A DNA stretch of 58,040 nt, filler included, from Sphacelaria rigidula (Eukaryota), in the NCBI GenBank assembly GCA_964200075.2. It is 8 parts of 8 records of this genome, joined end to end, with 100 filler letters (N's around TTAATTAATTAA, not from the genome) between each part and the next. Parts side by side here need not be neighbours in the genome. Positions count along the whole stretch, not along the records: positions 21,805 to 28,972 come from CAXNAA020016162.1; positions 29,073 to 36,239 come from CAXNAA020016163.1; 6 more parts are not named here. One strand, 5' to 3'. Position numbers and translations under genes: made by a program. This document shows, piece after piece, positions 22,970-34,680 of the stretch; position 1 is the first letter of the stretch, and each line of letters begins with the position of its first letter. The notes beneath the pieces were generated by a model. The model was not told where the DNA came from and searched no databases. It saw only the letters and a list, made by a program, of their open reading frames with translations.

Positions 22970-25900
22970 CACATCCCTGATCATGCTGGTGGATAGCGGT
23001 GCATCTGGACACTACCTGACTGGAAAGCGACCTCGCTCCCGGAATTCAACGCCGGATGACAAACCTGGCAAAGCTGAAGCAGCCTCACAGGATTATTACC
23101 GCTGGTAAACACGTCGTGGAAGGCTTCGCAACGGGCACCATTTCTGGTACTGTCACCGACCGAGACGGCGGGAAGCACCCGGTTTCACTCTCAGTCAACA
23201 TCGTGCCTGGTCTGGGACGGCACCTCTTTTCAGTAGCTGCAGCATCAAAAATGGGGGCTGTTACCAGTTTCGACTCTACGACAGAGATGGGGAGCATCAC
23301 TCTGCCGTTGAAACGGCTTGGGGGCGACGAATTGTTGTACTCCTTTTCATTGGATCTGAGGGGTGAAACAACGGGAACGGCCATGCGAGCAGAGTCGGTG
23401 AACCCGTGGCACTGGCGTTTGGGACACGTCTGTAATGCGTGAGGGGACCGCGTGCTTAGAGGATCGCATCTGCATTTGAACACCCCTATGGTTAGGGTTA
23501 GGGTTAGGGTTAGGGTTAGTGTTGGGATTAGGGTCAGGGGCGTGGTACTTGCAGGGACTGACCCGATTGGTTTCGGAAAACGTCGATCCTGAGGTATATT
23601 GAACTACGGTGCGGTCCTCTAAGCACGCGGTCCTCTCACGCATTACAACGTCAAACGCAGGAGTCTGGATGTCTTGGAGAAGGTGGACAGCAACGGCGTC
23701 AACTACGACGGGGACAATCCCACCCCAAGGAAGCTACCTACAACGTCCCCCGTCCATTTCAACTAGTCTACACTGACCTTATGGGGCCCATCACTCCTCC
23801 CGCGTTGGGGGGCTACAACTACGTCAGCAAGTTCACCGACCAGGTGACCAAGTGGAAGGAGATATTCCCCATCAAGGACAAGAGCGACTCCATCGACTAT
23901 CTTAAATGTTCGTGCAAGCGCTCGTAGTTTCCAGTGAGTTGCGAGTCAAGCGCCTCCGCACGGCTGGAGGCCGAGAGTGCACCAGTGATGCGTTGAAGGA
24001 CTACTGTCTTCAGACCGTCATTCGACACGAGTTCGCCTTAACAAACGCACCACAGCAGATTGATGCCTGCGAGCGTGACGGGAGGATTCTTGCCAGGATG
24101 GTGCACTGCCTTCTCACGGACTCCGGCCTGCCGAATTATCTGTGGGGAGAACTCATGCAAACTGCGGTATACCTAGCGAAGCGGGTGCCGCATCCAACAC
24201 TTGGAAATATCACGCCGTACAAAAGCTTTTGCGGCAAGAAGGCAGGCCTTGAATACCTTCGGGTCATCGGGGCCAGGGCGTTTGTTCACGTTGAAACGCA
24301 CACCCAAGAAGCTCGGCCCACAGGCTTGGAAAGGACGGCTCTGTGGGTACAGCATGGACAGCAAGTCATTTCGAGTCTACAATCCAGCGAAGAAGAACGT
24401 GAGGGAGAGCAGGAACGTCATTTTTATCGAGACGCCGTCTACCCTGCGGGCTCCGGAATTGACGGGCGATATTCACGACACTGATTTCACGTGTCAGGAC
24501 CATGACAAACTTGTAAAGACGTGAGCAACTACACTTAACGCCTTGACGTCAATTCGCCGCGTAACCAGATAGCGGGGATCGATCTGACAACGACGAACTT
24601 CGGAACATTGTGGAGAAAATCCGCGAAATTACCGCTCGTGATCTGCGCTTACGCGCCGGGGCAGGGCCTGCATCGCCTGGGAACAGTTCGCCGGCGCAAG
24701 CTATGCCCAGTGGAGAATCAAGAGGAGCATCATCAAATGTCTCAGAAGAGGGATCTTCGCGTAATGCGGCAAGTGCCTCTCGTTCCAAGACGCGGAGCAC
24801 CCCTTCTGCCCGAACATCGAGTGCGCCGGAACGCCAGGCGACACGACCCAGCGATAAAACTCTCGCTAATCCCAACACGCCCAACCATGGAGTTTGCACG
24901 GCAACTTTGCGCGAACTCAATTCGCTGGCATACTACACCAAGGAGGTTGTGGTAGACGTTGCCCACCACCAGGACGCGCTCAAGGTTGTAGAGTACGCCC
25001 TCGCCGCCACCAACACCCAACTACAATTTTGGTCGGAGGGGGAGAAGGTGACCACAATTCCGAACACCTTTAAGGAGGCTATGGAGCTATCGGAAGCAAA
25101 GTGCTGGAAAGCTGCGTCCGACAAGGAGATGAAGAGTCTCCAGGAACTCGGGGTCTACTCCCTGGTACCTTCCTCCACGATTCCTCCGGGAATGAAGGCG
25201 ATCGGGTCGAGGTGGGTGTATAAGATCAACGCCGGCGGAACTCACAAGGGGCGCCTGGTAGTCCAGGGATAGAGTCAGGTGCCAGGCAGAGACTGCGGTG
25301 GCACTTTCCCGCCGGTATGAAGACTGCAGAGCATCTGCATGGTGCTCGTCAGAGCGACGGAGATGAAGTGGGAGGTCTGCCAGCTGGACGTGCAAACGGC
25401 GTTTCCTAACGCGGACGTCGAGGAGGAGGTGTACGTCAAGACGGTGCCTGGCTACGAAACCACAGACAAGGCGGGAATTCCCCCCGTGATGAAATTGCAC
25501 CGTAGTCTCTACGGATGGGCTCAAGATGTACAGAACTGGTGGGGAACCACCGACTCGTATTTGGTGGAAATTGGATTCGTGCTTCTCAAGTGTCACACAT
25601 GCGTCTACATGAAAAAGAACGGCGACACGGTCACCATACCTGCGCTCTACGTTGACGACGTTCTTTCACTTGGAGGAAACACCCCGGTGCTCGAGATCAT
25701 CAAGAAGGAGCTGATGAGACGGTTCAGGATGACTGACATGGGGAACATGCCACTCATTCTCGGCATACAGGTCACGCGGGACCGCGAGAAGGGTACACTG
25801 ACCATCAGCCGGCAGAACTACACGACGTCTATACTGGAGAGGTTCGGCATGGGAAGCTGCAATCCTCTGGACACACCTGGGTTCGGTGCGGAGCTATAGC

Positions 25901-26613
25901 TGGAACAACCGGAGGAGAAGCTTCTCAATGCGGTGGATAAACAGCGCTACCAGGCCATCACTGGCTTAGTGACGTATCTTACTTAGGTCACTCGTTATGA
26001 CTACATGTACGCCACCAGCCAGCTCGCTCGGGCCATGTCGAAATCTTCAAATATTCACATGGCTGCCGCAAAGCATTTTCTTCGCTACCTCGCCGGCCCG
26101 ACGGATTTCAGTATCACCTACAAGAAGGGAGGATTCGTCCTCACAGGGTTTTCGGATTTCGACTGAGGCAGCAACCCCGACAACGGCAAGTTGATGTCAT
26201 CGTACTTCATGATGATAGCGAAGACCCCGGTGAGCTTCAAGTCGGGGATGCAGAGTCTCACGACAATGTCGGCTATTGAAGCCGAGATGGTGGCTGCGGC
26301 ACTAGCGATGAAGCAGGTGGTGTTCTGCTCGAATTCGTTGACGGAGTTGGGATTCGAGGCGGAGTTTGACAGCGTGCCACTATATATCGACAGCACGGCT
26401 ACGCTCCATGTAATCGGCAATCGAACTTTCAGCGCTCGCACGAAACACATAACCTTACGTTTCTTCTACATTCGCGAAATGGTGAAGGTGGCTAAGATCA
26501 AGACCCACAACGTATCCACGGAGGATCAACAACTCGCTGATATCGGAACGAAACACCTCAACAAAAAGCGTCACCGGTACCTCATCAACAGAATCAACAA
26601 CTTCGGTACCTGA
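22970..26613 (+). pseudogene. pol: copia pol: protease, integrase, RT, RNase H; multiple stops and frameshifts
   Basis: PR MLVDSGASGHY; GAG-pre-integrase WHWRLGHV; INT LVYTDLMGP..SKFTD..RLRTAGGRECTS..PQQIDACER; RT IGSRWVYK..HKGRLVVQG, QLDVQTAF, LYVDD (YVDD at 25648-25659); RNaseH SDFD*G..IEAEMVA..YIDSTA..RTKHI..LADIGTK. Stops at 25270, 25897, 25984, 26164. Confidence 0.95.
23431..23647 (+). mobile_element. 217-bp MITE with TGT..ACA ends, 5-bp TSD and internal (TTAGGG)n
   Basis: ACGTC (23426-23430) TGTAATGCGTGAGGGGACCGCGTGCTTAGAGGATCGCA ... TGCGGTCCTCTAAGCACGCGGTCCTCTCACGCATTACA ACGTC (23648-23652). 38-bp TIRs with 2 mismatches. Removing it restores WHWRLGHV|KRRSLDVL. Confidence 0.95.
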
Positions 26614-28804
26614 ACAGCGATAACAATCTTGGTCAAGGATCTTCGACGGCAATCACGTCATTATCACAGAAAATGAAAGAGGGGGGGGCTCAGCATCTGT
26701 GTCGACGATCGACGGTAGTCAGAAGTACTTCGAGCGCATCAATCTGCGTTGGAATATGTAAATAACGGTTTCATGAACGATTATCGAGTTTGTTTTATGG
26801 AAGGCACTGCAAGTGCTGCCAGATTTGTTGCATGATCGTTTTCTTGTTCTGGTTTTCAATAATCCTGTAAGACTTTCTTCCAGTCGTTTGGGAGGTACGA
26901 CAACAGCCGCGTGTAGTTTGTTTTCTTAGCATTCAATGATGTTGTAGTAGAAATAGAGTTGGTTCGGCTCATGGCAAGCAGGTGGAAATTCTTGAAGCAA
27001 CTGAAAACTTGCTCGTTACATTGACACTGATTTCCTATCAGGTATCTTGCCGACGTGAGTTCTCTGGCAAGAAGAACCATATCAAGTTGGCATTTGGGGG
27101 GGAGGCAGTGAGGTAGTCATTCGGGTTGATCAGTTGTAATCGACAAACCAGTCAATACGGAGTATTTTTTGCGCAGGCAACTTCCATGGAGGGGGAGTAA
27201 TAGGGATAGACTTTGGCATAGACTATCAAGGCAATGCTCAGTGACACAGCGCAGGTAGCATGTAACAAGGTTTTCGTGAAATTGAGAGTTGGGTGCGGAT
27301 TGGGAGTGGCTTTGATCATTCGCTTTAGCTTGACCAATATTTCATTCCGCGTGTGCTTTTCGTCGTTTCATCACTGCCATGTGCTTACAGCTACACGTTG
27401 ATATCCTTCTCAGGGGTATCGAGGGCCTCATGGGCAAGCTACAACAGAAAGAATACTGGGCCTGGTGAAGGTGCATTTCGGAACCGAAACGGAATATTTA
27501 CTAATTGACCGCTTTTCACTCTCAATCGTACCTTTAACTCTCAATTTCACGAAAACGTTGTTATGTGTTGTTTGCTGTTTATGCGGGGCAACCGCTGTCG
27601 GTTGAAATATCGAATATAGGGATTTTCGAGGGTACATCTAGAACAAGTACACTGTAGATCGATCTGAGTATCGGTCCAGTACGATCGAGAATATTTGATA
27701 GGATTCAGATACGAACTCTTGAGAAGAGGAGGACAAGAGAACTCACGAGTACATCGCGAGCCCTACTGTTTCACTCTTCACTTCTCCCACTTCTCAACTG
27801 GACTTCTACAGTCCACTCTTCTCAGCAAGTCTGTGTTGACCATAAGCGCTCATTCAACGTCAATTCTGTCTTCTTGCATAGTTGAGCCACAGCTCGCTCC
27901 GCAGCTTAACATCTGCCAGCGTCAGCCTACTGCAGCCACTTGTGGTTGCACAGCAACACATTCATAACATGCACCCCTACAGTAGCGTCACGTCACTCAC
28001 GGGAAAACAACTGGACTGCACCAAAGATCTGTTACACACACGCAACATAACAGACGTGACCGAGTATGCAACACAGCGGTATCAATGCGTGAAGAAAATA
28101 CTACGCTGCTTCACGTGTGTCCACACGGAGAACGTTAGTTTGGCGGCTCAACCCGCAAGAACGCAGTCGGCCTGGGTTTTTTCCTGCGGTGTGTACCACC
28201 ACCAGAGAAGCCATCTGGGTCAAGGCAGCAAGAAGACGCAGGAACACGTGTTACAGTGCGTTCAACGCCGCAAATCACCCATACATATGCACCATCCGTT
28301 GCCCTCCGCCCCCTCGCCCCACCCCCAGACCATCGTGGAACCCAGCCTCGACCTACCAAACCGACTTATCGATCGTTTCGCATGACACGCAATGTTGTGG
28401 AGATGGGAGGTCAACGGTTTTGATAGAAGACATCATCTGCTAGTATGAGTACACACATCTTCGGCGCACACCCGCTGCCTCTCGCGCGGCACTTGTTGTA
28501 TTGACATTTATTGCGCCAGTTTGAAGAAGATTGTTTTGTTCAATGCTACAGTATACTTGTACGTTCAATGCTACAGTATACTTGTACCGGGGATGCTCGT
28601 GAGCATCATGCCCAGTTCCGCCAACAAATCTGTGCAATTAGCTACAGAAACCCAAACTGGGCGCCTGACGATCTTCCAACGACATGCTTCGTACTCAATG
28701 GTCTCGGGGACTCGCGGTGGAACGTCCAGCAGAAATGATGAACACACACGCTAAATCTCACACATACTCCTTGCCGGCCACACCAGTACCCTTAGTCGAC
28801 TCGC

Positions 28805-28972
28805 CTGTGTGGTCGAAGCAGTCCACACGTATCCCCAGCCGTGCTTCCACGCCCAGGATGAGGAGCACACAAATGCATGCAGAAACATGGCAGTGAAGGC
28901 CAGATGTCCCGCAACGGCGTGGTAAAGAACGGCGCGTTCAAACGGGATGCCCACGGCGGACCAGAGCTTACT
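28805..28972 (-). CDS. Internal exon of a ferric reductase / NADPH-oxidase-like transmembrane protein (partial)
   Basis: SKLWSAVGIPFERAVLYHAVAGHLAFTAMFLHAF..: GIPFER..YH...G with two His 14 residues apart, typical of the heme-binding helix of ferric reductase TM domains. Ends CAG|GCGAGT. Confidence 0.75.
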
Positions 28973-29072
28973 NNNNNNNNNNNNNNNNNNNNNNNNNNNN
29001 NNNNNNNNNNNNNNNNTTAATTAATTAANNNNNNNNNNNNNNNNNNNNNNNNNNNNNNNNNNNNNNNNNNNN
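28973..29072. other. Artificial contig linker
   Basis: N44-TTAATTAATTAA-N44. Confidence 0.98.
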
Positions 29073-29165
29073 ACTCATCCGTTGCTTGCCTTAGTGATTT
29101 GACCATTGACCACGCATCCCTTTCGAGACGGAGCATGCAAAGGGGGGGGAGGGGGGGATTGCACA
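29073..29165 (+). repeat. High-copy dispersed repeat end next to poly-G/C (also 36340-36385, 39012-39095, and inverted at 43607-43668 and 50612-50710)
   Basis: Shared core TGCTTGCC(A/T)TAGT..TGACCATTGACC.CGCATCCCT in five places on three contigs. Confidence 0.8.
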
Positions 29166-29476
29166 CTGGAATGCGGGATAGAGGCTCCCTCCTGAGTATG
29201 CTACAGCATTCGTACCAATCGGGTACCATAAAAGTGTGCCCACTGTGTAATGCAAGGCACTCCTGCCTATATACCGATACGTTCTCTGAGCCTGGTCGGA
29301 TCATGAGCTCCGATACAATATTTGCAAGAGTCCAACAACCGCTAGGTGCCGTTCTCGACGCGGAATTGATCAAAACACAACCTTTCCATGTCGTCTGATA
29401 CACTTTGGAACGCCAGGGCTCGCCCCACAGAGAAGAGGGGGGTGCCTACCCATTCTCATGCGCATGCACATCTCAC

Positions 29477-29920
29477 CTCTCGTCCACTTCCTCCCGACAG
29501 CGCCTCACCCCCTACCACGGGTGGTTGCGAAGTGGGTCGGGACAGGGGTGTTGACTCCTCTCTTCCCTCCTCCCACAGTGACTGAGATGAGCCGACGACT
29601 TCCACGTCCGCCTCTGCCGACGGTGGTTGAGACGAAGTGTCTGTCTCCACCTCGTCCTTCGCCAACGGCGGTGGGGGCGAGGCTGTGGGTTCACGATCGG
29701 ATTTCGTGAGGAGTAATCTGTCATCACGCTCATCCATGAAGCACATGACGCTTGAGTGGGCCACGTACCACTCCGAGTTCCGTGCGGAGCACACATCTTG
29801 GCGGTGTAGTTCAACATCCAGGGCGGCGACGGCAGCGTTGTTGCCATCGCTGGCCGTGGCTGTAGTCACTAACGCTCGGCCGATAGACGCCGTATCACGA
29901 GGCGCCGCGATGTTGTATGC
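29477..29920 (-). CDS. Exon 3 of an unknown spliced gene (phase 0-0, 148 codons)
   Basis: Acceptor TGCATGCAG|GCATAC, donor GAG|GTGAGA; open frame AYNIAAPRD..HRQDVCSARNSEWYVAHSSVMCFMDERDDRLLL... Confidence 0.6.
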
Positions 29921-30930
29921 CTGCATGCAATGCGTTGATTGTATGTTTTGTGGCACAAAGTGAGAGGGAGTAGCGGATTCCATTCAGCACATGGAACCGC
30001 CTTTCGAGCAGACGTTCGGCGCAGTACTGTAGCAGGATGGACGGCCATCACACGTCACTTGATAGCCTTTTTAGCGAGGCATCGGGGCGGGTTCAGCGTC
30101 TCACTTACTCTTGTCAAGATATGTTCCCCTTCGGTACGCCCACGTTGTGACCACAGATGGACTCGCAAGGGATCAGGCAGTATGCGAGCATGAAGTAAAA
30201 ATGATTAATCAAGCCGTCGATCGTAACTCCTTCACACCACGTTATACTTACTTCGTCGGCGTCATAAGTCGAGTCCGTTACGTTGATACGAACCCTTAAC
30301 CGTGTTCGATGCCTTATGCGATGCGTGCACTGAAATCTTTGGCGTTATACTCGCTGAAACGTTTAACTCATCGTTTTGGTCGTGTGTCACCCTGCATGGG
30401 CAAACAGCAGAAACCCATCAGTGGGTCCGAAAGCTGCGGTATATCGCCCCTATTCCGCAGAAGAGGGGAGGGGAGTACTCTCAATCTTGCATCCCTCGGG
30501 TGGGAGGGGGGACAGAGTAAAACATGATCCATTCTGCTTGTTGACCGCCCAACTTCAGCGGCCGTTGTCGGAGTAGGAAGCGACAGCCGCCCATCCCGAC
30601 GTTTGTTTGGGAGGTCGAGCTCCCCGGTGTCGTCTATCCAAGCTCTGCGCCTTATCCATAGCTATGTCGGGTGCTCGGTACCAACACCGTAGTGCTCGAT
30701 GAGCGGACCTAGAATGCCGTTCGACACCCTTGACTTTCCTTTTGAGAATGGCCGGGGAAATTCCAGCATTTGTGAATAAGCGTCGTCGAAAGGTTACTCT
30801 GCATTCCGCACCGATCGACGGCCAACCAAGAAGCGGTACTTTCTGCCACTTGGAATGCGTGGCCACTGATACGGCTTCAGACCCTTCGGTTGACGCAGGG
30901 GTGATGCGCAATGTGCACACCAACCCTTAC

Positions 30931-31067
30931 CGTCGTATCTGGGATGTCGGGAAGCAGCACGTCTGCCAGGACGGGAAATAGTCCTCAAACTACCGTGTGG
31001 GATCGTTCGACCCAGTGATTCAACGTCTTTGCCGGGAATCCGACGTCGGCCGCACGCATGCCATACT
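30931..31067 (-). pseudogene. Exon 2 of the same gene (phase 1-0), with an in-frame TGA
   Basis: Acceptor CTCGCAG|AG, donor ACG|GTAAGG; EYGMRAADVGFPAKTLNHWVERSHTVV*GLFPVLADVLLPDIPDTT. Phases match the flanking exons. Confidence 0.55.
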
Positions 31068-31114
31068 CTGCGAGCAAAAGTGTTGGCTGTTTCTTTCTGT
31101 AAAGATGTGTTCTA

Positions 31115-31651
31115 CAGGGTGCGAGTTGTTGTACACCCGAAGTATTTATCCGGATACCCGTACCTGGTAGTTCTGCGAGTTCTGTAAGCCTCTCGTACCG
31201 GTACATTATATCCCTGTAAGTTCCGTAAGCCTCGCATACAGATGCCCGATAGTTCTGTGGTACTTGTACGAAATTGTTTTCCTCACCCGAGGCACGGGTA
31301 TGGCCTTGTAGAAGCACCTGAACGCGGGTGAGGAGTTCTGTACCAACGTCCATACAGTACAGAACAGTGCTGTGAGTTCTGCAAGAGCTCCGTACCAGTA
31401 GCCGACAATTCTGTAAGTTCTGTAAGCCTCCCATACCCGTGCCCGACAGTTCTTTACGATCTGCACGAAAATGTACCCTCACCCGGGGCAGGGGTATACC
31501 GTCACTGATGTACCCGGTCGCGGGTAACGCTTACTGTACAACCTCCATACCTTATCCCGACAGGCCCTGTAAGTTCTGCAAGACTTCCCGCCCGATACCC
31601 GGCAGTCCTATGAGGTCCGTGAGAAATCCGGTATGCTACCGGACATACCCG
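31115..31651. mobile_element. Intronic non-autonomous element (hAT-like CAGGG end) with GTTCTGTAAG/ATACCCG motifs
   Basis: Repeated AGTTCTG(T/C)AAG and ATACCCG motifs; starts CAGGGT; weak TSD. Confidence 0.55.
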
Positions 31652-31699
31652 TAACCTACAGGACACAACTGTGCATATGTCAGCTTTTTTCCAGGTTAC

Positions 31700-32129
31700 C
31701 CGGTTCGTGGTTTGGGTCACTGACTCCCCAAAACAATAATGTTACAGCCATTTGATTGCCTGATATATAACCAGAACCCAAGTCGGGAATACTCACATAA
31801 CCCTCTTCTTCGTCAAGAGTTTCGCGAGTCCATGATCCGTCGGGGCCGAGAGTCATGCCAAGGAGTCTTGCTGGTCCCTCCCGCAAAAATCCGTCCTCGT
31901 GTTCGTCGTACAGTATCGAGGTATCGTAGATGTTGTTCGGCATCGTGAACACCCTCTTCGGCGGCAACTTCCGGGCCATCACTGAGCGGGTGTGCTCATC
32001 TAACTCTTTCCTGCCGAGGCAGAGGGCGAGCAAGTATCGGGCGGCTAGTGACGTTCGACGGCTGGTGGTATTGACGAATAACGAGCGTTTGGTTGCGCCG
32101 GTGACGGTAGCGTTCCATCCGGAAGTAAT
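31700..32129 (-). CDS. Exon 1 of the unknown spliced gene (5' boundary uncertain)
   Basis: Open frame ..LAARYLLALCLGRKELDEHTRSVMARKLPPKRVFTMPNNIYDTSILYD..LLFWGVSDPNHEP G|GTAACC (phase-1 donor). No canonical acceptor located. Confidence 0.5.
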
Positions 32130-33049
32130 TTATTTTTTATTGTCCAGCAGCACGACTGGTATATTATCGTGAGCGTGTTTTGCAGAAGCAAGATCAACGC
32201 GATGGCGCATGGTTGTAGCTCGCCTTGTACTCGCTGCTGTTCGCGCAATTTTGGAGTGAGGCAAGGGTGCAAGACGAGGGGTGTCCCACACGTCTATGTC
32301 CCCTACCTCCCTTCCCTCCTCCCTATCGGAGGGTGGAAAGAGAGGCAATTTTTATTCCGTTTACATTTCCTTCCCCTCTGTTTCCCCTCTCTCAATCTCT
32401 GTGTCGCTGCACACGGTACGCCTCAAACACGCGTTGAATACCTACTTGTTGGAATCACCTACATGCTACTGTTGGTTGGCTTGGCATTACGTCATGGTCG
32501 TGGTTGTAGACGATCCTCACCCGAAACCATTTCCTGCGAAACCTTAGACAAGAGATACATGAAGCAACAACCACAACTTACATCTAAGCTTGCCCACACC
32601 GGTAATAACGGAAGGCGTTCATGACAGGCCTGCGACAGTGGCAGCGTGTTGAGTGCTCCGACTAAATATGTTGCCCACACAACCTGCGACACCCTCGTAT
32701 TCGCCCGTTATCGCACCCCTCCATGATACAACACGGGATTTTACAAATGTGGGTGGATCCTGTTGTTAAGGATGAGTCTAGGGAAAATCTATATGCATCA
32801 AGACATGTTCGAAAACAAGTTTAAATGAGCTTTTTGCCTGTAATATGTGGTATTGCTCACCCTGAGAGAAGAACCCACCCGCAATTTGTAAGATCCCGTG
32901 TTACCAGGGGATGCTGACAAATAGGAACAACAGGCGTTTTGTACGGGAATGAACGGATCTCGAAATTATTCATTATCAACCCGAGATTTGCGGATGAATT
33001 TTTCAGGATAAGCGAGGCCACACGTCATGGCCGGACAGTGCATTTGCAT

Positions 33050-33310
33050 TTATTTTTCGAAAATATGTTGATGCCTATATAGGCTCCTGAGGCCGGATGC
33101 TATGGCTGGCCAAACTAGCGAGGGTCGGCACGCACAAATTTTACGCGCAAATTTTTGTTCCGCGGCCAATTTCGAACCTCGGAGCCAAGCGAAGCTGAAA
33201 ATCAGACTAGGCTCCTCTCTGTGAGGTGATGCAAAGTGTCCGAGACGTGTTTTGGCGGTTTTCTCGGCTTGGGGATCAAAAGGTGGGTCAAACGTCATGA
33301 AGGTGAATAT
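33050..33310 (+). repeat. Dispersed repeat homologous to 50400-50610
   Basis: CCTGAGGCCG..AGCCAAG..CTCCTCTC.GTG.GG.GA.GCAAAGT.TCC.AGACGTG shared between contigs 5 and 7. Confidence 0.65.
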
Positions 33311-34680
33311 TTCGTGGGCCAAAAATCTGTTTTCCATAACATCCGGCCTGAGGCTCATCTTCGAAAACAAACCCTTCCTCAACTTGGAAAATTCCGTGTT
33401 GAATGGTTACAATGAAAAATCGGGATTACCGTGACCATCCTAACCGTTACCAAGCAAATGACGTTCGTCCGTTCCAGTACAGAAGCCCTCTATCAAAAAT
33501 GGTCATCTTAAACCCTAGGACTTCACCGGCAGTCGCGATCATCTCTGTCTGTATGAAGTTGGAAACGGGGCGAGGCGAGTCAAACTTCGTACGCGCTCAG
33601 GGAGGAGCGCACGCAGACAAAGGGAAGGAGGGATGTTGATAATCTATCTGTACGCCACCTCGGCAAATTTGGTGGAGTCGCTCTCCCTACGAGGTCGTCT
33701 ATCCGAGGCGCGAATATAAGTTTTGCAGGCCCCGTCTGACACCTCGGTTCTGAGAGTTTGAATTTCAAATTTGGTACGGAGATTGAAGAGGGCATGTTAA
33801 AAAAAAACTGCTGCGTTTAACTCAAAACGGTTTTTAGTACAATTCCGTTACCTCGCAAGAAATTAAATCAAAAGATTGTCCCGCATAACATTTTCTCATC
33901 ATACCCGATCATTCTTAGTATCAAATTTGAAAGTCCAACTCTCAACTTGAGGTGAGGCCGGGCGATTCAGAAACCGGGCCGGTCGAAAATCGGAACAGCA
34001 TTTTGCAGGCCACTTACCGGCCCAGGTTTGGTACTTGTGCTTTGAATTTCGATTTGGAACTCGGCTGGGTCATGATGAACCAAATATAATGGAACATGCT
34101 GTTTTTTTGCCCCCATGAATTAAGGCGAATTAGTACAGTAAATATCCTTTTTCACGAGAACGCTTCACCTCTCTAAAAAATATGAAGGCTCACGTTTTTG
34201 TTTTAGCATGCCTTTGACACTCAATGCTAAGTTTCATGTCACATTTCTAAGAACTGAGCTGAAAAACTAATATAAGGGCCAAGAACAATGCCCATTTCCC
34301 CCTCAAAACGCCCCCCCCAAACGAAAAAGATTACCAAAAAGCTGAAGTTTTATTTAATTTATTTTATTTTATTTTATACCCTCACGATTCTCCGCTCCAA
34401 ATTTCAACGCACGACTCCAAAACTGAGACGCGAAAATAATCCAGATGAGGTGCATTCAGAGCCCCTGCTTGTAACATATTTATTTTAGTATAGAAATATT
34501 ATGTACGCCATATCGCGGGATAGAAGAAAAGTTAGGTGAGGGTGAGCATATTGATCATTATTTCCCCGTGCTCCGGTGTATGTCCACCCCCCAAAATAGT
34601 CATCATCCGCTGTATAAATCACCCGGGGTTTCATAAAGCTATACGCTTTAGTATGAACACAACCGTATCTCCGTAAGGTA

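Larger units (their letters stand above)
21805..27911 (+). mobile_element. Decayed Ty1/copia LTR retrotransposon (5' end cut by contig start; 3' LTR tentative)
   Basis: Domain order gag-PR-INT-RT-RNaseH. Candidate PPT GGGGGGGAG at ~27096-27104; candidate LTR remnant ~27640-27911 ending ..TTAACA. Confidence 0.9.

Noticed and set aside
23490..23540. TTAGGG array as a chromosome end
   Set aside because: Short and internal to a TIR element with TSD; interstitial.
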